From an uncultured Eubacteriales bacterium (GTDB lineage Bacteria; Bacillota; Clostridia; Christensenellales; CAG-138): a stretch of 64,000 bases of DNA. Position numbers and translations under genes: made by a program. The DNA lies in NCBI GenBank assembly GCA_900547135.1, contig URFJ01000001.1, positions 269 to 64,268 of the forward strand, in the 5' to 3' direction. The notes below the pieces were generated by a model, which had not been told where the DNA came from, did no database searches, and was given only the letters and a program-made list of their open reading frames with translations. Shown one piece after another: positions 1-8,739 of the stretch; position 1 is the first letter of the stretch; each line of letters begins with the position of its first letter.

Positions 1-53
1 TAAGCATGATAGCCGGCACGGCCCGCAGCATGGGCATAATGGTTGTTGACTGA
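1..53 (+). CDS. rplK: 50S ribosomal protein L11, C-terminal end (gene runs off the window start)
   Basis: The frame starting at nt 3 reads SMIAGTARSMGIMVVD, then TGA at 51-53. This is a typical L11 C-terminus, and it sits directly upstream of rplA as in the rplKA operon. Confidence 0.85.
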   Translation, partial: SMIAGTARSMGIMVVD

Positions 54-104
54 TAGACATCGTGGGAGACCTGAGGTCGCTACCACCACGTAGGAGGAAT
101 AGAA

Positions 105-794
105 ATGAAGCATGGCAAGAAGTATATTGACAGCCTGAAAACAATCGATAAGCTTAAGCTGTACGATCCCGCTGAGGGGCTTGCGGCGGTAATCGGCACG
201 TCCAAGGCTAAATTTGATGAAACCGTTGAAGCACACATCCGTCTGGGCGTTGACCCCAGGCACGCCGACCAGCAGGTGCGCGGCGCGGTAGTACTGCCAA
301 ACGGCACGGGCAAAACCGTTCGCGTGCTCGTGTTCGCAAAGGGCGACAAGGCGCGCGAGGCGCAGGAAGCCGGAGCGGACTTCGTGGGCGACGACGATCT
401 GGTAAAGAAGATTCAGACGGAAAACTGGTTTGGATTCGACGTTTGCGTGGCCACGCCGGACATGATGGGAACCGTTGGACGCATCGGCCGCGTGCTTGGA
501 CCAAAGGGCCTGATGCCAAACCCCAAGAGCGGAACCGTAACCTTTGATATAGCAAAGGCTATCGCGGACATCAAGGCCGGTAAGGTTGAATACCGTGTAG
601 ACAAAACTAGTATCGTACACGTGCCCATAGGCAAGGTATCGTTTGGCGTTGAAAAGCTGAGCGATAACCTGAACACCCTGATGGACGCCATAATTAAGGC
701 AAAGCCGGCTGCGGCCAAGGGCACGTATATAAAGAGCCTGGTGATAGCCTCGACCATGGGCCCGGGCGTGAAGCTCAACGGCGCAAAGTTCTAA
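105..794 (+). CDS. rplA: 50S ribosomal protein L1
   Basis: 229-aa ORF with L1 hallmarks ([30 protein letters not shown]). An AGGAGG RBS lies just upstream. Confidence 0.97.
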   Translation: MKHGKKYIDSLKTIDKLKLYDPAEGLAAVIGTSKAKFDETVEAHIRLGVDPRHADQQVRGAVVLPNGTGKTVRVLVFAKGDKAREAQEAGADFVGDDDLVKKIQTENWFGFDVCVATPDMMGTVGRIGRVLGPKGLMPNPKSGTVTFDIAKAIADIKAGKVEYRVDKTSIVHVPIGKVSFGVEKLSDNLNTLMDAIIKAKPAAAKGTYIKSLVIASTMGPGVKLNGAKF

Positions 795-833
795 TCAGAG
801 TGTCAAAAAACTGGCTTCACTTTTTTGAGTAGT

Positions 834-882
834 CAGGTTTCCCCGCCCTCTCGCCCTACGGGCTCCCGGGCGGGGAAACCTG
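834..882 (+). terminator. GC-rich inverted repeat downstream of rplA, a possible terminator
   Basis: 15-bp arms caggtttccccgccc (834-848) and gggcggggaaacctg (868-882), about 40 nt after the rplA stop. No clean T tract follows, so terminator function is uncertain. Confidence 0.45.
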
Positions 883-1045
883 CAAAGAACGAAATCCTCT
901 GGATTTCATCCGTTCCGGCGTACATGCCGCCGAAGCCGGAATAAAGTCAAGGGGTACACCCCCTGACAATCCCCAGGGGTTTTTTGACAGTCGGGGCGGA
1001 AGTGTTCAAAGCGCTTCCGCTTTTATTTTTTAGGAGGTGCGGTAG

Positions 1046-2125
1046 ATGGCCCAAGAGATCAGGGAATTGTATGAAGGAATGAAGGCCAGGCTTGACGGGG
1101 TTGATTTTAGCGCAATATGGGAGGGCTTTCACAGGTATCCCTTTGCGCTGTACAATGATGAATCCGTGTGGCTGGACGGCGAAGTCATACCGCGTGACAA
1201 TAGGTTTTTGGGCAATACCTGCATAGAATACGGCGGAGGGCGCATTGCCATATGGAATATAGGCTATGGCATTGACGGGGACGCGGATATATTCGCCTCC
1301 AGCCTGGTCCATGAGATGTTTCACGCGTTTCAGATGGAAAACAGCGAAACAAGGTTCCCAAACGATCTGGTAACGCTCGACTATCCGATGGACGTTATGA
1401 ACTTTAGCGTCAAGCTGGAGGAAAACCGCCTGCTTGCGGAGGCCTGCCGCGGGGGCGGACAGAAGCGCGGGCGGGATCTATTAAGGAGGTTCGCGGGCCT
1501 CAGGCTTTACCGCGAATCCATAATAGGCGGGTCTATCGACTGTGAATGCCTTACGGAAACCGTGGAGGGAATGGCCGAATATGCCGGCATCTTAGCCCTT
1601 AACCAGCTGAGCGGCAAAAAGTTCGATGAAAGGCTTGAAAAATACCTGTCCATCATAGAATTCCCGGGCGAATTGCTGTTCGATCCAAGGCGGATATCGT
1701 ATTATACGGGCGCGCTTGTAGTATTGGCGGCCAAACTTGCGGGAATAAGCCTGTCGCATGGGCTTGGCGCGGAGCGGCGAAGCGTGTTCCGCATTTTGGC
1801 CGGCGCGCTGGACGCTAAAGCCCAGTCGCCTGACCCGTCGAGTTTTCCTGACGGCGGGATTTCACAGCTGTTTTCGGACTTCCGCGCGGCCAGGGCGGCT
1901 ATATTCGACGGCTTCATGGGCGTCAGGCGCGAAAAGACGAGCGGAAGCTATACAATATGCGGATACGATCCGATGAACATGATAAAATCAGAGGGCAAAG
2001 TGCTTTGCAAAAACTTTATCATGCTTAAAGAGGACGGTAACGAGGAAGCGCGGTTTATAGGCGGTCCTGTCCTTCTGGAGCTTGAGGAAAACTCGGTAAA
2101 CCGAGTAAAGGCGTATTATAAGTAG
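1046..2125 (+). CDS. putative zinc metallopeptidase (HExxH, gluzincin / peptidase-MA-like)
   Basis: 359-aa ORF with LVHEMFHAFQ (HExxH) and a downstream ETVEGMAEYAG third-ligand-type motif. A GGAGG RBS is present. No closer family assignment is possible by eye. Confidence 0.55.
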   Translation: MAQEIRELYEGMKARLDGVDFSAIWEGFHRYPFALYNDESVWLDGEVIPRDNRFLGNTCIEYGGGRIAIWNIGYGIDGDADIFASSLVHEMFHAFQMENSETRFPNDLVTLDYPMDVMNFSVKLEENRLLAEACRGGGQKRGRDLLRRFAGLRLYRESIIGGSIDCECLTETVEGMAEYAGILALNQLSGKKFDERLEKYLSIIEFPGELLFDPRRISYYTGALVVLAAKLAGISLSHGLGAERRSVFRILAGALDAKAQSPDPSSFPDGGISQLFSDFRAARAAIFDGFMGVRREKTSGSYTICGYDPMNMIKSEGKVLCKNFIMLKEDGNEEARFIGGPVLLELEENSVNRVKAYYK

Positions 2126-2187
2126 CCCGCCGGGAAAAACCGTAAAACAGGGCTTTTGGCTGCAAGCAACTGCCAGGCCACTTACAT

Positions 2188-2265
2188 GGGGCTCCGCCCC
2201 AAACCCCGCCAAAGGAGACTTTTTTGTAAAAAGTCCCCTTTGGAATCCCGAAAAACAACATTTGA
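2188..2265 (+). repeat. intergenic structured repeat, copy 1 (shorter and more diverged)
   Basis: ggggctccgccccaaaccccgccaaaggagactttttgtaaaaagtcccctttggaatcccgaaaaacaac matches the copies at 8259 and 8586. It contains the palindrome aaaggRgacttttt-gt-aaaaagtccccttt. Confidence 0.85.
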
Positions 2266-2280
2266 CTTTATTATTTTTAT

Positions 2281-2409
2281 CTAGGCTTTTTTATGCCAGT
2301 GCTGGCAGGCCCTGTCGGTTGTACATCTTACTTTTTGCCGCGTCTTCTTACAATGTCCGTACGCGGACTTGTAATATGATTTAATGCCATTTGAGATGTT
2401 GTTTAGCAT
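2281..2409 (-). CDS. small Cys-rich paralogue (42 aa from the internal ATG)
   Basis: MLNNISNGIKSYYKSAYGHCKKTRQKVRCTTDRACQHWHKKA. The ATG at 2409 lies 4 nt after the TAG of the upstream 74-aa gene. The motif YGHC-x-R-x-K-x-R-x4-RACQxW is shared with the 74-aa protein. Confidence 0.4.
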   Translation of the reverse strand: MLNNISNGIKSYYKSAYGHCKKTRQKVRCTTDRACQHWHKKA

Positions 2410-2413
2410 GCGC

Positions 2414-2638
2414 CTACTGGGATTCGGCCCTTTCTTGCCAGTATTGACAGGCCCTGTTGTCTGCATATCTTATTTTCAGCCTCGGTTCCATGCAATGCCC
2501 ATACTCCATCTCGCGGTATCTCCCCCTTGAATATCTGACATAATGCAGTCGAAAGTATACGCAATTCTTACATGCTCTGTCCTCCTGAACTTGGCTTAAG
2601 CCCGTCCCGATTGAATCCTTTAAACGTTTATTTGACAT
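2414..2638 (-). CDS. small Cys-rich protein (74 aa), putative zinc-binding
   Basis: The ORF carries CKNC, then GHC, then RACQYW. RBS agaagggaag lies before the ATG. It shares its C-terminal motif with the next small ORF. Confidence 0.5.
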   Translation of the reverse strand: MSNKRLKDSIGTGLSQVQEDRACKNCVYFRLHYVRYSRGRYREMEYGHCMEPRLKIRYADNRACQYWQERAESQ

Positions 2639-2789
2639 GTTATCTTCCCTTCTATAAATACACTTTTACTGAAATCTTACACCATCTGGGGCTATGCTTT
2701 TAGGATTGAACACCGTGCGGTGTCCTATAAAGTTAACGGTGGAGTTAAAGCCAAGCTTTGGACTCTATGAGCTGTATGAGAGGCTGAGA

Positions 2790-2963
2790 GCGAATGGTAA
2801 TATCTATATAATTGCCGTAAAATGCGCAAAAGAGTAGGCTAAGTTATAGAACAATCGATACAGGGAGGATATATCATGACAGCATTTTGCCCACAGAACC
2901 GATAAGGTAACCGGCAGCGCGGTCAGGGAGCTGTTCAAGCTGCTCGGCGATCCGGAAATAATC
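2790..2963 (+). repeat. direct repeat A: duplicated promoter and 5' end of the aminotransferase gene, with a frameshifted gene stub
   Basis: Near-identical to 3619-3812 (gcgaatgg...atatctatataatt...gccgtaaaatgcgcaaaagagta...cagggaggatatatcatgacagcatt...ggcgatccggaaataatc). The ATG at 2876 reads MTAFCPQNR then stop, because T4 here replaces T3 in the intact copy. Confidence 0.9.
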
Positions 2964-3204
2964 CCCTTGTATGGGGGATGGTGGGTTACTCCCCTATGAT
3001 TAGTTGATTTAATGCCATCGTTTCTTTCATTGTATAATAAACTATGAAATAAGTTGACGTTTAGTAGATGTCATATAAAATATTTTTGGTAAAGAAGACA
3101 CTATTTATGAAAAGCATATTACTAAGATTGTATGACGGTGAGATTTATCCCGCCGGGCAATTCAATCTCAAAACAGAAGAATACCGTTCTTTGCGTCAAA
3201 AACA

Positions 3205-3351
3205 ATACCAACACTTCAAAGAGCAGGACTGGACATTAATAAAAATGCTGTGCAGAGGATAGAGAGCGGCAAACGATTTGTTACGGATATAGAGTTAAAG
3301 GTTATCGCGGAAGTGCTGGGTGTGGGTTATCAGGATTTGCTAGATGATTAG
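3205..3351 (+). pseudogene. XRE-family HTH regulator fragment (C-terminal part only)
   Basis: This frame reads ...QRAGLDINKNAVQRIESGKRFVTDIELKVIAEVLGVGYQDLLDD then stop, with no N-terminus or start codon. The overlapping ORF 3068-3262 (LRLYDGEIYPAGQF..EEYRSL) looks like a second unrelated fragment fused out of frame. Confidence 0.55.
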
Positions 3352-3438
3352 AGGGTATTATGGTATGCTTATGGAAGTTAAGGAAAAGGCAAATCGGAAT
3401 ATGAAGTGTAGATTATCTATATAATGGGGAGCAAAGAA

Positions 3439-3549
3439 ATGGTTAATATACAGCGTATAAAATGTGGCAATGGGAATTGCTATATTTATATTATCGAGGA
3501 AAATGGGAAAGCGGTTCTTGCCTGGCACAAAAATGAGAGCAAATTTTGA
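3439..3549 (+). pseudogene. possible N-terminal stub of an MBL-fold hydrolase (36 codons)
   Basis: MVNIQRIKCGNGNCYIYIIEENGKAVLAWHKNESKF then stop. This resembles the first strands of metallo-beta-lactamase-fold proteins but ends before the HxHxDH motif. Confidence 0.3.
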
Positions 3550-3618
3550 AGAATATAGATAATAAATTTAATGAAATGCATGGAAAAATAGCCAGTTCAT
3601 ACTGTCCACCTCAGGGTG

Positions 3619-3812
3619 CGAATGGCAAATATCTATATAATTTTATATGAACCATTATATACTTGCCGTAAAATGCGCAAAAGAGTAGACTAAGTTAAAC
3701 AACAACCGATACAGGGAGGATATATCATGACAGCATTTGCCCACAGAACCGATAAAGTAACCGGCAGCGCGATCAGGGAGCTGTTCAAGCTGCTTGGCGA
3801 TCCGGAAATAAT
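3619..3812 (+). repeat. direct repeat B: the functional promoter and 5' end of the aminotransferase gene
   Basis: Partner of 2790-2963. It carries about 20 extra nt (ttatatgaaccattatatac) relative to copy A. Confidence 0.9.
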
Positions 3813-4920
3813 CTCCTTTGGCGGCGGTAATCCGGCAAAGGAATCCTTCCCCGTGGAAACGGTGCGTAAGCTCACGGATAGCCTTCTTCAGGAGAAGGGG
3901 ACCTCCCTGCTCCAATATGGGCCCACCGAGGGCTATGCCCCGCTGACAGACGCGTATATCAGCCATGTGCTTTACCCGCTTGGGCTTAGCGGCGCGCGGG
4001 AAAACGTGCTGGTAACGTCCGGCTCCATGCAGGGGATAGATTTAATAGCCAGAATTTTTGTGGATCCGGGCGATACCGTGCTTGTCGAATCCCCCAGCTT
4101 TTTGGGCGCGCTGCAGACGTTTAACCTCTACCAGGCCAACCTGGTTCCGGTTGATATGGACGATCACGGCATTATAATCGAGCGCCTGGAGGAGCTGATG
4201 AAGCTTCACAGGCCCAAACTGTTCTACTGCATTCCCACGTTCCAAAACCCCACGGGCAAAACGCTTCCGGAGGACAGGCGCAGGGCCGTGGCCGAGCTTG
4301 CCAAAAAATATGACGTGATTGTCATAGAGGACGACCCGTACAGGGAGCTTAGGTATCACGGCGAGCCGCTTAAAACGATAAAATCCTTTGACAGCGCCGA
4401 ACAGGTCGTGCTTTTAAACAGCTTTTCAAAAACGCTTTCCCCGGGCATCAGGGTGGGCTGCGCGTTCGGAAGGCAGGACATAATCAGAAAGATGACCATA
4501 GCCAAGCAGAGCGCGGATACCCATACGTCCAACCTTACGCAGGCCATAGTAGCCGAGTTTCTTGAAAAGGGCTGTATGCCGCCGCACCTGAGCGGGATAA
4601 TACCAGATTACGCCGTGCGTATGGAGGCCATGCTAACCGCAATGGATAAGTTTTTTCCAGATGTGTGCGCCTATACCCGCCCCGAGGGCGGTCTGTTCAT
4701 CTGGGGTGAGCTGCCCGAGGGGCTTGAAATGCTGCCGCTGTTCAAGCGGGCGACTCAGGAATTGAAGGTTGCGTTCATTCCGGGCGAGCATTTCTACGTT
4801 TTGCCCGAAATGGGAAAGAATACGTTCAGGCTCAATTTTTCGGCCGAGGGGCCGCAGCGCATAGGGCAGGGCATAAAGCTCCTGGGCGGACTGTTCAGGG
4901 AGGCAGTGGAAGCTAAATAG
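3727..4920 (+). CDS. PLP-dependent aminotransferase, class I/II
   Basis: 397 aa with NSFSKTLSPGIRVG (PLP-lysine motif), FGGGNP, IPTFQNPTG and a GGAGGA RBS. Confidence 0.85.
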   Translation: MTAFAHRTDKVTGSAIRELFKLLGDPEIISFGGGNPAKESFPVETVRKLTDSLLQEKGTSLLQYGPTEGYAPLTDAYISHVLYPLGLSGARENVLVTSGSMQGIDLIARIFVDPGDTVLVESPSFLGALQTFNLYQANLVPVDMDDHGIIIERLEELMKLHRPKLFYCIPTFQNPTGKTLPEDRRRAVAELAKKYDVIVIEDDPYRELRYHGEPLKTIKSFDSAEQVVLLNSFSKTLSPGIRVGCAFGRQDIIRKMTIAKQSADTHTSNLTQAIVAEFLEKGCMPPHLSGIIPDYAVRMEAMLTAMDKFFPDVCAYTRPEGGLFIWGELPEGLEMLPLFKRATQELKVAFIPGEHFYVLPEMGKNTFRLNFSAEGPQRIGQGIKLLGGLFREAVEAK

Positions 4921-5027
4921 AACCCACCCCCTCTGTAAGGGCCTGCCAGAGGCTGGCGGAGCCGCCCTGCTCCACAACAGGCGCATAGAAGCTGCGCCCC
5001 GCATAAAATCAGAAGAGGTGAAACAAA

Positions 5028-6260
5028 ATGGAACACACAAATGTATACGACATATTGGAGGAGCGCGGACTGCTTAAACAGGCTTCGCATCCCGAGGAGA
5101 TAAAGGAACTGCTTGGAAGGGAAAAGGTTACGTTCTACGTGGGCTTTGACCCAACCGCGGACAGCCTTCACATCGGCCATTATGTGGCGCTTATGACCAT
5201 GGCGCACATGCAGCGCGCCGGCCACAGGCCCATAGTGCTCCTGGGCGGGGGAACCGCAATGGTGGGCGACCCGTCGGGTAAAACCGACATGCGCCAAATG
5301 CTTACGCAGGAGGATATTGACCATAACGCGGGCCGCTTTAAGGAGCAGATGTCGAGGCTTATCGACTTTTCAGAGGGTAAGGCGTTCATGGTCAACAATG
5401 GCGACTGGATCAGGGATTTGAACTTCCTTGAGTTTATGCGCGAGATAGGCGTGCATTTCACGGTAAACAGGATGCTTGCCGCCGAGTGCTATAAACAGCG
5501 CATGGAGATAGGCCTTACATTCTTTGAGATGAGCTACATGCTGATGCAAAGCTATGATTTCCTGGTGCTAAACAGGCGCTACGGCTGCGTGCTTGAGATG
5601 GGAGGAGACGACCAGTGGAGCAACATGCTGGGCGGAGTCGACCTGATACGGAAGAAGGAGCGCAAGTTAGCGTTTTGCGCTACCAACGCGCTTCTCACAA
5701 CGTCCGAAGGCAATAAGATGGGAAAAACCGAGCGGGGCGCGGTATGGCTGGACAAGGAGAAGTTTTCCGTATACGACTTTTACCAGTACTGGCGGAACGT
5801 CGACGATGCGGACGTGGAGCGCTGCCTTGCCATGCTCACCTTCCTACCCATGGACGAGGTGCGCGGGCTGTGCAGGGAGTCCGGCGCGGCTTTGAACGAA
5901 GCAAAGCGCGTGCTGGCGTTTACCCTTACAGAGCAGGTCCATGGAACTCAAGAGGCGGTAAAGGCACAGCAGGCCGCCGAGGCGCTGTTTTCGGGCAGGG
6001 GGGATTTATCCAACATGCCCACGGTGCGCCTGAGTGCTGACGATATAAGCGAAACCGGACTAAGGGTGGTCGACCTTTTGGTTAAGGGCGGGCTTTGCAA
6101 GAGCAAGTCGGACGCGCGGCGCATGATAGAAAGCGGGGCCGTGTTTGCCGACGACGCGAAGGTGGACGGCGTGTCGGACGCCATCGATCAGGCTAAGCTT
6201 GAAGAGGGCGTGATACTCAAAAAGGGCAAAAAAGGGTTTGTAAGGATATTGAAGGCATAG
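5028..6260 (+). CDS. tyrS: tyrosine--tRNA ligase
   Basis: 410 aa with the HIGH motif (LHIGHYV), a KMSKS variant (KMGKT) and a C-terminal S4-like domain ([18 protein letters not shown]). Confidence 0.95.
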   Translation: MEHTNVYDILEERGLLKQASHPEEIKELLGREKVTFYVGFDPTADSLHIGHYVALMTMAHMQRAGHRPIVLLGGGTAMVGDPSGKTDMRQMLTQEDIDHNAGRFKEQMSRLIDFSEGKAFMVNNGDWIRDLNFLEFMREIGVHFTVNRMLAAECYKQRMEIGLTFFEMSYMLMQSYDFLVLNRRYGCVLEMGGDDQWSNMLGGVDLIRKKERKLAFCATNALLTTSEGNKMGKTERGAVWLDKEKFSVYDFYQYWRNVDDADVERCLAMLTFLPMDEVRGLCRESGAALNEAKRVLAFTLTEQVHGTQEAVKAQQAAEALFSGRGDLSNMPTVRLSADDISETGLRVVDLLVKGGLCKSKSDARRMIESGAVFADDAKVDGVSDAIDQAKLEEGVILKKGKKGFVRILKA

Positions 6261-6312
6261 ATTATTATGGGCGCGGGCGGCGGACGGGAGTTCGCCCGCC
6301 GCGGCGCGGAGG

Positions 6313-6951
6313 ATGGCAATGCTTACGTACAAAACCGTGAAATCAGAATCAAGAATCGAGATAGTAATAAACAAATCGCGTTTTATCGGGCATTGCTTTC
6401 CTATCTTGGATGAGGATGAAGCCGCCCGCATTTTAGCAAGGCTTAGAAAGGAATACTGGGACGCCAGCCACAACTGCTACGCCTACGCGCTGGGCGAAAC
6501 AGGGATGATTGCCAGGTTTTCCGACGACGGCGAGCCAGGCGGCACGGCGGGCATGCCCATACTCGATGTGATCAAAAAAAAGGGGCTTACCTATACGCTT
6601 ATAGTGGTCACCCGCTATTTTGGGGGCATACTGCTGGGCGCCGGAGGCCTTGTGCGGGCATATTCCAACAGCGCCGCCCAGGCGGCAACGGAAGCGGGCA
6701 TGGTAAGCGTGGAGCCTGCGTCCAAGATAGAGCTTGTGGTTGATTATTCCAGGTATGGGGCCATAGAGGGCTTTGTACGGGAGAATTCACAGGTTGCCTC
6801 AACGGAGTTTACGGACGCTGTCACGATGCGCGTAATGCTTCCTGAGACCGCGGCCGAAAACTTCATAGCCGAGATAGTGGAGCGCACGGACGGACGGGTA
6901 AGGCCCGTAATTTCGGGTTCGGGAAGCATTAGAAGGGTATTGGACAGCTGA
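6313..6951 (+). CDS. yigZ: YigZ / IMPACT family protein
   Basis: 212 aa with KSRFIGHCFP, HNCYAY and DDGEPGGTAGMPIL, all diagnostic of the UPF0029/IMPACT N-terminal domain. Confidence 0.85.
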   Translation: MAMLTYKTVKSESRIEIVINKSRFIGHCFPILDEDEAARILARLRKEYWDASHNCYAYALGETGMIARFSDDGEPGGTAGMPILDVIKKKGLTYTLIVVTRYFGGILLGAGGLVRAYSNSAAQAATEAGMVSVEPASKIELVVDYSRYGAIEGFVRENSQVASTEFTDAVTMRVMLPETAAENFIAEIVERTDGRVRPVISGSGSIRRVLDS

Positions 6952-7099
6952 TTCGCTTTAAAGGTAGCTGCGAATTATATCAAACGCTGTTGCATTATGC
7001 GCTGTACGCGTATAAAATCAACTTAAAGACCTATGCCGCGGTTAGCGCGGATTAATAAAATAATTGCGTATGTCAATTATCCTGAAGGGGGTTTTTCAC

Positions 7100-8164
7100 A
7101 TGGAAATCGATGTAAAGCTTACAGCTTCGCCAAAGGCAAAGCCGCAGGACGAGTCAAATCTTGGCTTTGGCAAAATGTTCACAGACCACATGTTTATAAT
7201 GGAATATGAGGGTGGCAAGGGCTGGGTAAATCCACGCATTGAGCAATATCACAGGCTGTCGCTTGATCCGGCGTCCAGCGTGTTCCATTATGCGCAGGAG
7301 ATATTTGAAGGGCTTAAGGCATACCGGGCCGACGACGGACGCATCCTGATGTTCCGTTCACGCGACAACTGCTTAAGGCTCAACAGGTCGGCCGAGCGCA
7401 TGTGCATGCCCCAAATCGACGTTGAGTTCAATTACAGCGCCATGCGCAAGCTGGTGGAGATTGAGCGCGAGTGGGTGCCGCACGCGCCTGGTACTTCGCT
7501 CTACCTCAGGCCCACCATGATTGCCAATGACGAAGGGCTTGGCGTGCATGCTGCAAACAATTATATCTATTATGTCATCTGTGCGCCTTCTGGAGCCTAT
7601 TATCCCACCGGACTTGCGCCCATAAGCATTCTTGTGGAGGACCGCTATGTTCGGGCCGTCAGGGGCGGAATGGGCGAAGCAAAGACGGGCGGAAACTATG
7701 CATGTTCCATCAAGGCCGGCGAAGAGGCGCAGAAAAAGGGGTATTCACAGGTGCTGTGGCTTGACGGTGAAACGATGAAATACGTTCAGGAAGTCGGCGC
7801 GATGAACATGATGTTCATAATCGACGGGGTATTAGTAACCGCGCCGCTGGAGGGCAGCATACTTCCTGGCATAACGCGCGACAGCATACTCACCATTGCC
7901 CGCGATGAGGGAATTAAGGTTGAGGAGCGCAGGCTTTCCATAGACGAACTTATGGACGCCGGCAGAAGCGGAAGGCTAAGCGAGGCGTTTGGCACCGGAA
8001 CCGCCGCCGTTGTATCGCCGGTCGGTCGGCTGACATACAAGGATTGCACTATTACGGTAAACGACGGCGGCATCGGCCGGCTGACCCGCCATTTCTATGA
8101 TACGCTTACAGGGATCCAGTGGGGACGCATTGCGGACACCCGCGGCTGGATGACGGAGGTATAA
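7100..8164 (+). CDS. ilvE: branched-chain-amino-acid aminotransferase
   Basis: MEIDVKL...GFGKMFTDHMF...EGLKAYR...GEAKTGGNYA is typical of class IV BCAT. The start was moved to the ATG at 7100, which is preceded by gaaggggg; the ORF track begins at 7064. Confidence 0.92.
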   Translation: MEIDVKLTASPKAKPQDESNLGFGKMFTDHMFIMEYEGGKGWVNPRIEQYHRLSLDPASSVFHYAQEIFEGLKAYRADDGRILMFRSRDNCLRLNRSAERMCMPQIDVEFNYSAMRKLVEIEREWVPHAPGTSLYLRPTMIANDEGLGVHAANNYIYYVICAPSGAYYPTGLAPISILVEDRYVRAVRGGMGEAKTGGNYACSIKAGEEAQKKGYSQVLWLDGETMKYVQEVGAMNMMFIIDGVLVTAPLEGSILPGITRDSILTIARDEGIKVEERRLSIDELMDAGRSGRLSEAFGTGTAAVVSPVGRLTYKDCTITVNDGGIGRLTRHFYDTLTGIQWGRIADTRGWMTEV

Positions 8165-8215
8165 TCGCCTTCGGCGTCGCGTCGTGCTTGATCAGCGCAA
8201 CGCGAGTTAACCCAC

Positions 8216-8256
8216 AAAAACGGTCATTGGCTACAAACAGCCGAGGACCGTTTTTC
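8216..8256 (+). terminator. rho-independent terminator of ilvE
   Basis: Stem aaaaacggtc / gaccgttttt with the T run merging into the stem, about 55 nt after the ilvE stop. Confidence 0.6.
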
Positions 8257-8258
8257 TT

Positions 8259-8366
8259 GGGGCTTCTGCCCCAAACCCCGCCAAAGGGGACTTTTTGTAA
8301 AAAGTCCCCTTTGGAATCCCGAAAAACAACGTTTAATCTATTGGATTTCATCGCTTGCTCTCAAGG
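8259..8366 (+). repeat. intergenic structured repeat, copy 2 (~108 nt)
   Basis: ggggcttctgccccaaaccccgccaaaggggactttttgtaaaaagtcccctttggaatcccgaaaaacaacgtttaatctattggatttcatcgcttgctctcaagg. Almost identical to copy 3. Confidence 0.92.
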
Positions 8367-8585
8367 TATCAAAAACCGGCGCGCATGTCGGGGCCTTAGG
8401 ATTATACTTTTGGGTTCGGCCAAGCCTTGAGCTGTTTCCGCTGATTTTTATAAGATTGCAAACCTGTGGTGATGTACGAAATAAAAGTTATTTCCTTGTG
8501 TTTTTTGGAGTTCTTAGAACCTTTTTTGCAAAAAAGGTTCTAGCCGCCGGAGGCAAAACCAGACAAGTGGCTCGTTCCGGCTTTA

Positions 8586-8693
8586 GGGGCTTCTGCCCCA
8601 AACCCCGCCAAAGGAGACTTTTTGTAAAAAGTCCCCTTTGGAATCCCGAAAAACAACGTTTAATCTATTGGATTTCATCGCTTGCTCTCAAGG
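8586..8693 (+). repeat. intergenic structured repeat, copy 3 (~108 nt)
   Basis: Same sequence as 8259-8366 except for a few substitutions (aaaggagac versus aaaggggac). Confidence 0.92.
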
Positions 8694-8739
8694 GTTTAAC
8701 GCGTTAACTCAGCTCTGCATGCCGTCGACCGCCAGATAT

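Noticed and set aside
54-104. L1-binding autoregulatory site between rplK and rplA
   Set aside because: In bacteria the characterised L1 operator lies in the rplK leader, outside this window. The 50-nt spacer shows no convincing 23S L1-stalk mimic that I can verify by eye.
80-778. Antisense and alternate-frame ORFs overlapping rplA (80-349, 208-555, 413-778), and similar ORFs inside nfnB, adh, spoIIE, radA, the THUMP methyltransferase gene and others
   Set aside because: These are long stop-free frames expected in GC-rich coding DNA. They have no RBS or recognisable motifs, and each is fully nested in a confidently assigned gene.
1988-2261. ORFs 1988-2212 and 2055-2261 (minus strand), and ORFs 8106-8351, 8119-8430 and 8456-8707
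   Set aside because: They lie entirely within or across the intergenic repeat copies and terminator hairpins. Their similar peptide strings (..KVPFGGVWG..) are a by-product of translating the repeat.
4921-5027. Possible T-box leader upstream of tyrS
   Set aside because: Only about 105 nt are available, and no T-box core (GGUGGUACCGCG-like), specifier loop or terminator/antiterminator pair is visible.
8259-8693. CRISPR array
   Set aside because: There are only two tandem copies of a ~108-nt unit with a ~219-nt spacer. The unit is far longer than a CRISPR repeat, and no cas genes are present.
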